Origin: Tidjanibacter sp.
GTDB taxonomy: Bacteria; Bacteroidota; Bacteroidia; Bacteroidales; Rikenellaceae
Direction of reading: 5' to 3'
NCBI GenBank assembly: GCA_017631375.1
Contig: JAGBTK010000041.1
Span: forward strand, 4,419 to 68,418
DNA: 64,000 bases
Part shown: piece after piece, positions 60,633 to 64,000 of the stretch
Position numbering within the stretch: the first letter of the stretch is position 1
Layout: every line of letters starts with the position of its first letter
Position numbers and translations under genes: made by a program
The notes under the pieces: generated by a model
What the model was told of the DNA's origin: nothing
Databases searched by the model: none
The model's input: the letters and a program-made list of their open reading frames with translations, nothing else

Positions 60633-61490
60633 TTACTTCACGCACTCTTCGAAGAGTTTGGGTATTCGGGTGTCGAAGTGGAGTTCTTGTCCTGTTGTGG
60701 GGTGTGTGATGCTCAGCTTGTAGGCGTGGAGGCATACACGACCTGCGGGGTTTGTTTTTGCGTGGTATTTTTTGTCGCCTGCTATGGGTGTACCTTTCCA
60801 CTCGAGGTGTGCTCGTATCTGGTTTTTCTTGCCTGTCACAAGGCGTAGGTCTACGAGCGAGTATTCATTACCACGACGCAGGGTGGTGTAGTATGTTGTT
60901 GCATCCTCACCCTCGCCTGGACGGGTCACCCACATCTTGTGGTTGCGGTCCTGGGTCAGGGGAGCATCTATCACACCCTCATTGTGGGGTAGTGCGCCCT
61001 CGATTACGGCTACATAGCGACGGTCGAGCACGAGTTTGTGCCAACCACGCTGCATCTGTTCCTGTATCTTCTCGCTCTTGGCAAACATCATCAGGCCCGA
61101 CGTCTCGCGATCGAGGCGATGTACAACAAATATCTTGTTGTCGGGGTGCTGCTCCTTGACGTAGTCGCTCAGGATGTAGTATGCTGTACGCTTCTGCTCC
61201 TTGTCAGTGCCAATGGAGAGCAATCCATTGCGCTTGTCTATTACGATGATGTCGGCATCCTCGTATACTATGCGGAGCTGTTGGCTCTTGGGTGCGGGTG
61301 CTACTCTGCCACTGCCAATGGTCACTCTGTCGCCCTTGCGGAGGGGGAAGTTATATTGGGTGGTTGTCAGATCGTTTACCTGCACGCGTCGCTTGGTGAG
61401 GTAAGATTTGACTGTTGTGCGACTCTTGTCGGGCATTGCCTCAAACAGGAAGTCGAGGAGCTGGCACTCTTTGTCGGGATTGAGAATCAT
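60633..61490 (-). CDS. RluA family pseudouridine synthase
   Basis: S4-like N-terminus, VHRLDRETSG, TGKKNQIRAH, GDKKY, LHA. Confidence 0.93.
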   Translation of the reverse strand: MILNPDKECQLLDFLFEAMPDKSRTTVKSYLTKRRVQVNDLTTTQYNFPLRKGDRVTIGSGRVAPAPKSQQLRIVYEDADIIVIDKRNGLLSIGTDKEQKRTAYYILSDYVKEQHPDNKIFVVHRLDRETSGLMMFAKSEKIQEQMQRGWHKLVLDRRYVAVIEGALPHNEGVIDAPLTQDRNHKMWVTRPGEGEDATTYYTTLRRGNEYSLVDLRLVTGKKNQIRAHLEWKGTPIAGDKKYHAKTNPAGRVCLHAYKLSITHPTTGQELHFDTRIPKLFEECVK

Positions 61491-61553
61491 CGCTTGTAGT
61501 GGTTATTGTTAATAAAAAAAGGCATAACACCGAGTGAGTGTTATACCTCTTTG

Positions 61554-61627
61554 TCGGGGTGACAGGATTCGAACCTGCGGCCCCCTGCTCCCAAAGCAGG
61601 TGCGCTACCGGACTGCGCCACGCCCCG
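61554..61627 (-). tRNA. tRNA-Pro(TGG)
   Basis: Cloverleaf CGGGGCG..., anticodon arm CCTGC-TTTGGGA-GCAGG, GTTCGAATC; promoter TTTG-N20-TACATTTG upstream; hairpin and T-run downstream. Confidence 0.96.
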
Positions 61628-61781
61628 AATTGCGGTGCAAATGTAAGAACAATCCGCCAAACTTGCAAACCGCAATACCAATTTTCCTGCTTTCTATTTT
61701 TAAAGGTATAGCAGAAAATGCAAATAAGTCTGAAAAAATGTTTAAAAAGATTTGCGTTTAAAGATTTTGTCGCTACTTTTG

Positions 61782-61800
61782 TGATATCAAAATAATATCA
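61782..61800. promoter_or_regulatory. Candidate Arc/RHH operator of the SPFH operon
   Basis: TGATATCA-AAA-TAATATCA abutting TACTTTTG (61774-61781). Confidence 0.55.
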
Positions 61801-61858
61801 TTTTAAGAAACGAAAACAAATACATTAACAAACACTAATCTTTTAATACTAATTAACT

Positions 61859-62794
61859 ATGGAAAACAAGGAATTTACTTTCAAAGGTTTTGTGATGAAC
61901 GGCTTTTTGTCGCTTCTCCTTTTGGTAGCTATGTATGGCTGGATTGTTTGCTCTGCTGTTTATAGCATTGCTCTCTGGTCGATTCCCGTAGTGGCTATTG
62001 TATCGCTCGTATGGTTGGGTGGTTATATGATGCTCGAACCTAATGAGGCACGCGCTATGCTCTTCTTTGGTAAGTATTGCGGTACTTTCTACAAGAACGG
62101 TTTCTATTGGGTAAATCCCTTCCTCACTGCAAAGAAGGTGTCGCTCCGTGCTCGTAACCTCAATGCAGAGCCTATCAAGGTAAATGACAAGGCAGGTAAC
62201 CCCATTATGATTGGTCTGGTGCTTGTTTGGAGAGTTAAGGATGTTTATAAAGCTCTTTTCGAGATTGACTCGCAGACTATGGCGTCGAGCAAGAGCAGCG
62301 CAGGTGTTATCTCGGCAAGTGTGGCTCGTATGAACGCTTTTGAGACCTTCGTATCTGTGCAGAGCGATGCTGCTCTCCGTCAGGTAGCGGGTGGCTTCAA
62401 CTACGACAATAACGACAGTAGCGACGCTGAGGCTATCACTCTCCGTTCGGGTGCTGACGAGATTAACGAGTTGCTGGTTGTTAAGCTCAATGAGCGTCTT
62501 TCGATTGCAGGTATCGAGGTTACTGAGGCTCGTATCAACTACTTGGCATACGCTCCTGAGATTGCAGCGGTTATGTTGCGTCGTCAGCAGGCAGATGCAA
62601 TTATCTCGGCTCGTGAGAAGATTGTAGAGGGTGCTGTTTCGATGGTAAGTATGGCTCTGGATAAACTCTCGGCAGAGCAGATTGTTGAACTTGACGAGGA
62701 GAAGAAGGCTGCAATGGTTAGCAACCTGTTGGTTGTTCTCTGCGCTGACGAGTCGGCACAGCCCGTTGTTAATACCGGTACTTTGAACCATTAA
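61859..62794 (+). CDS. SPFH/Band 7 domain membrane protein
   Basis: Two TM segments, PNEA..FFGKY.GT, KVND..GNPI, YAPEIAAVMLRRQQA, MVSNLLVVLC. Confidence 0.92.
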   Translation: MENKEFTFKGFVMNGFLSLLLLVAMYGWIVCSAVYSIALWSIPVVAIVSLVWLGGYMMLEPNEARAMLFFGKYCGTFYKNGFYWVNPFLTAKKVSLRARNLNAEPIKVNDKAGNPIMIGLVLVWRVKDVYKALFEIDSQTMASSKSSAGVISASVARMNAFETFVSVQSDAALRQVAGGFNYDNNDSSDAEAITLRSGADEINELLVVKLNERLSIAGIEVTEARINYLAYAPEIAAVMLRRQQADAIISAREKIVEGAVSMVSMALDKLSAEQIVELDEEKKAAMVSNLLVVLCADESAQPVVNTGTLNH

Positions 62795-62806
62795 TAGTTC
62801 GCACTG

Positions 62807-63340
62807 ATGGCTAACGGTAAGATATATATGATGAGCCCAGGTAAAGCTGACCAACTAAATAGTTGGTCAGCCTGCCTGATTCTTGTTGCGGTTGCGGTAT
62901 TTTGCTTTGTAATGGAGCCGGAGGAGTGGCTTGCATCAGTGCTGGTGGGAGTAATAGGTGTCGTTACTGCAGCATATACTTTCGCTATGTCGCCTCAGTG
63001 TATTATTGTCGATGGTGAGGGTGTTGGTATCCGCCAGCGTATGGGCGGTAAGTTCCTGCCCTTGCGTGAGATTAAGAGTGTGGAGTGGTACGACAAAGGT
63101 GGCAAGACTCTGAAAATGGATAAAACGACTATCCGAGTTGCCGGCAATGGCGGTATGTTTGGCTATACCGGTCGTTGGCGAAATAAGGATATTGGTCCTT
63201 TTACAATCTATGCTCGCCGACTGACTGAGCTTGTTCTGATTGAAATGGCGGATGGAAAGAAGATTGTGGTTAGTTGCGACGAGCCACAAGCAATGGTAGA
63301 TGATTTGACTTCGAGAATTGGTTTAACCTCCAAATTGTAA
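62807..63340 (+). CDS. Membrane-anchored bacterial PH domain protein (bPH_5-like)
   Basis: Two TM segments then IRVAGNGGMFGYTGRW...KIVVSCDEP. Confidence 0.72.
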   Translation: MANGKIYMMSPGKADQLNSWSACLILVAVAVFCFVMEPEEWLASVLVGVIGVVTAAYTFAMSPQCIIVDGEGVGIRQRMGGKFLPLREIKSVEWYDKGGKTLKMDKTTIRVAGNGGMFGYTGRWRNKDIGPFTIYARRLTELVLIEMADGKKIVVSCDEPQAMVDDLTSRIGLTSKL

Positions 63341-63346
63341 ACTGCT

Positions 63347-63856
63347 ATGGCACAAGGAAATGTTTATAAGTGCAAAGCCGCTGGCGAGGTGCGTGTGATG
63401 ACCCCTGTTTTGATTGGCAGTATGGTTATTGCAGTTATTGTTCTTGTTTACGACTCTCCACGCCTGTTTGCAGCTATCTTGGTGGCAGTTTTGGTTGTGG
63501 TGGCTATTGTGGTGTCGTATCTCTATGTGCCTCGTGCTGTGGTGGTTGATGACCAGGGAGTAGGGATAAGACAGACCGTCCGTGGCAATTTTATCCCTAT
63601 GGAGAGTATCCGTTCTGTGCGCAGAGTGAGCAAAAAAGAGGTCTTTGGTAGTGGTCTGGATGTCGGTGTGGGAGGTCTATTCTCCTATACGGGTACGGTC
63701 AGGAAGAATAAGTCTCTCGGCTCATTTAGCCTGTATGTTCGCAACACTGCTGAGATGGTCTTTATCGAGTACGGTGATGGTGGGGTAGTAGTGAGTGCGG
63801 ATAGTGGCGATAGATTGATGGAGGATATTCTCTCTCGAATGAGTAGAAAAGCATAA
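63347..63856 (+). CDS. Membrane-anchored bacterial PH domain protein, paralog
   Basis: Two TM segments, VD..GVGIRQ, GVGGLFSYTG, VVVSADS; collinear with the upstream gene. Confidence 0.68.
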   Translation: MAQGNVYKCKAAGEVRVMTPVLIGSMVIAVIVLVYDSPRLFAAILVAVLVVVAIVVSYLYVPRAVVVDDQGVGIRQTVRGNFIPMESIRSVRRVSKKEVFGSGLDVGVGGLFSYTGTVRKNKSLGSFSLYVRNTAEMVFIEYGDGGVVVSADSGDRLMEDILSRMSRKA

Positions 63857-63864
63857 ATAAGATT

Positions 63865-64000
63865 ATGGCAAAAGAGGAAAAGACAAAGAGTTTCGTACTG
63901 CGCGTAGATGCCGAGACTATGGGAGCCATCGAAAAGTGGGCTGCCGACGAGTTTCGTAGTATCAACGGCCAGATCCAATGGATTATCAACGAGGCTCTAC
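63865..64000 (+). CDS. Arc-family ribbon-helix-helix DNA-binding protein, runs off the window edge
   Basis: Not in the ORF track; MAKEEKTKSFVLRVDAETMGAIEKWAADEFRSINGQIQWIINEAL. Confidence 0.85.
   Translation, partial: MAKEEKTKSFVLRVDAETMGAIEKWAADEFRSINGQIQWIINEAL

Noticed and set aside
56151-61627. Region bracketed by two tRNA-Pro genes as a possible integrated island
   Set aside because: Both tRNAs are complete, different isoacceptors with their own promoters. There is no integrase and no duplicated tRNA 3' end (att site), and the gene content is ordinary.

Overview
64 kb of core-like chromosome from a Bacteroidales bacterium, probably Rikenellaceae/Alistipes-like. This is inferred from gene content, TAnnTTTG -7 promoter elements and AT-rich leaders lacking Shine-Dalgarno sites. 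It holds about 55 CDS: der, gltX, ychF, rsmI, nusB, yajC, uvrA, glgB, an AddA/AddB-like pair, alaS, gpmI, a 2-oxoacid:ferredoxin oxidoreductase operon, PerR-rubrerythrin, an ECF sigma module and an SPFH-PH-PH-Arc operon. It also has two tRNA-Pro genes. I saw no integrase, transposase, phage gene or CRISPR array. The most interesting signal is a small, probably leaderless ORF (9237-9563, minus strand) with a hydrophobic N-terminus, a Cys-free His cluster and a C-terminal RAPP ribosome-arrest motif. It is followed by a C-rich/G-poor spacer and a TonB-dependent transporter with a CxxC plug, making it a candidate metal-sensing translational attenuator. Other leads: a Tat-lipoprotein aldo/keto reductase, a polyferredoxin with an internal twin-arginine motif and a secreted MBL hydrolase forming one module; a structured 435-bp intergenic region (candidate sRNA, G4-pattern 9-mer repeat, palindromic direct repeat); two sigma54-type promoters; and candidate PerR, Arc and ECF sites. 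All product calls come from motif recognition by eye; no database search was run.
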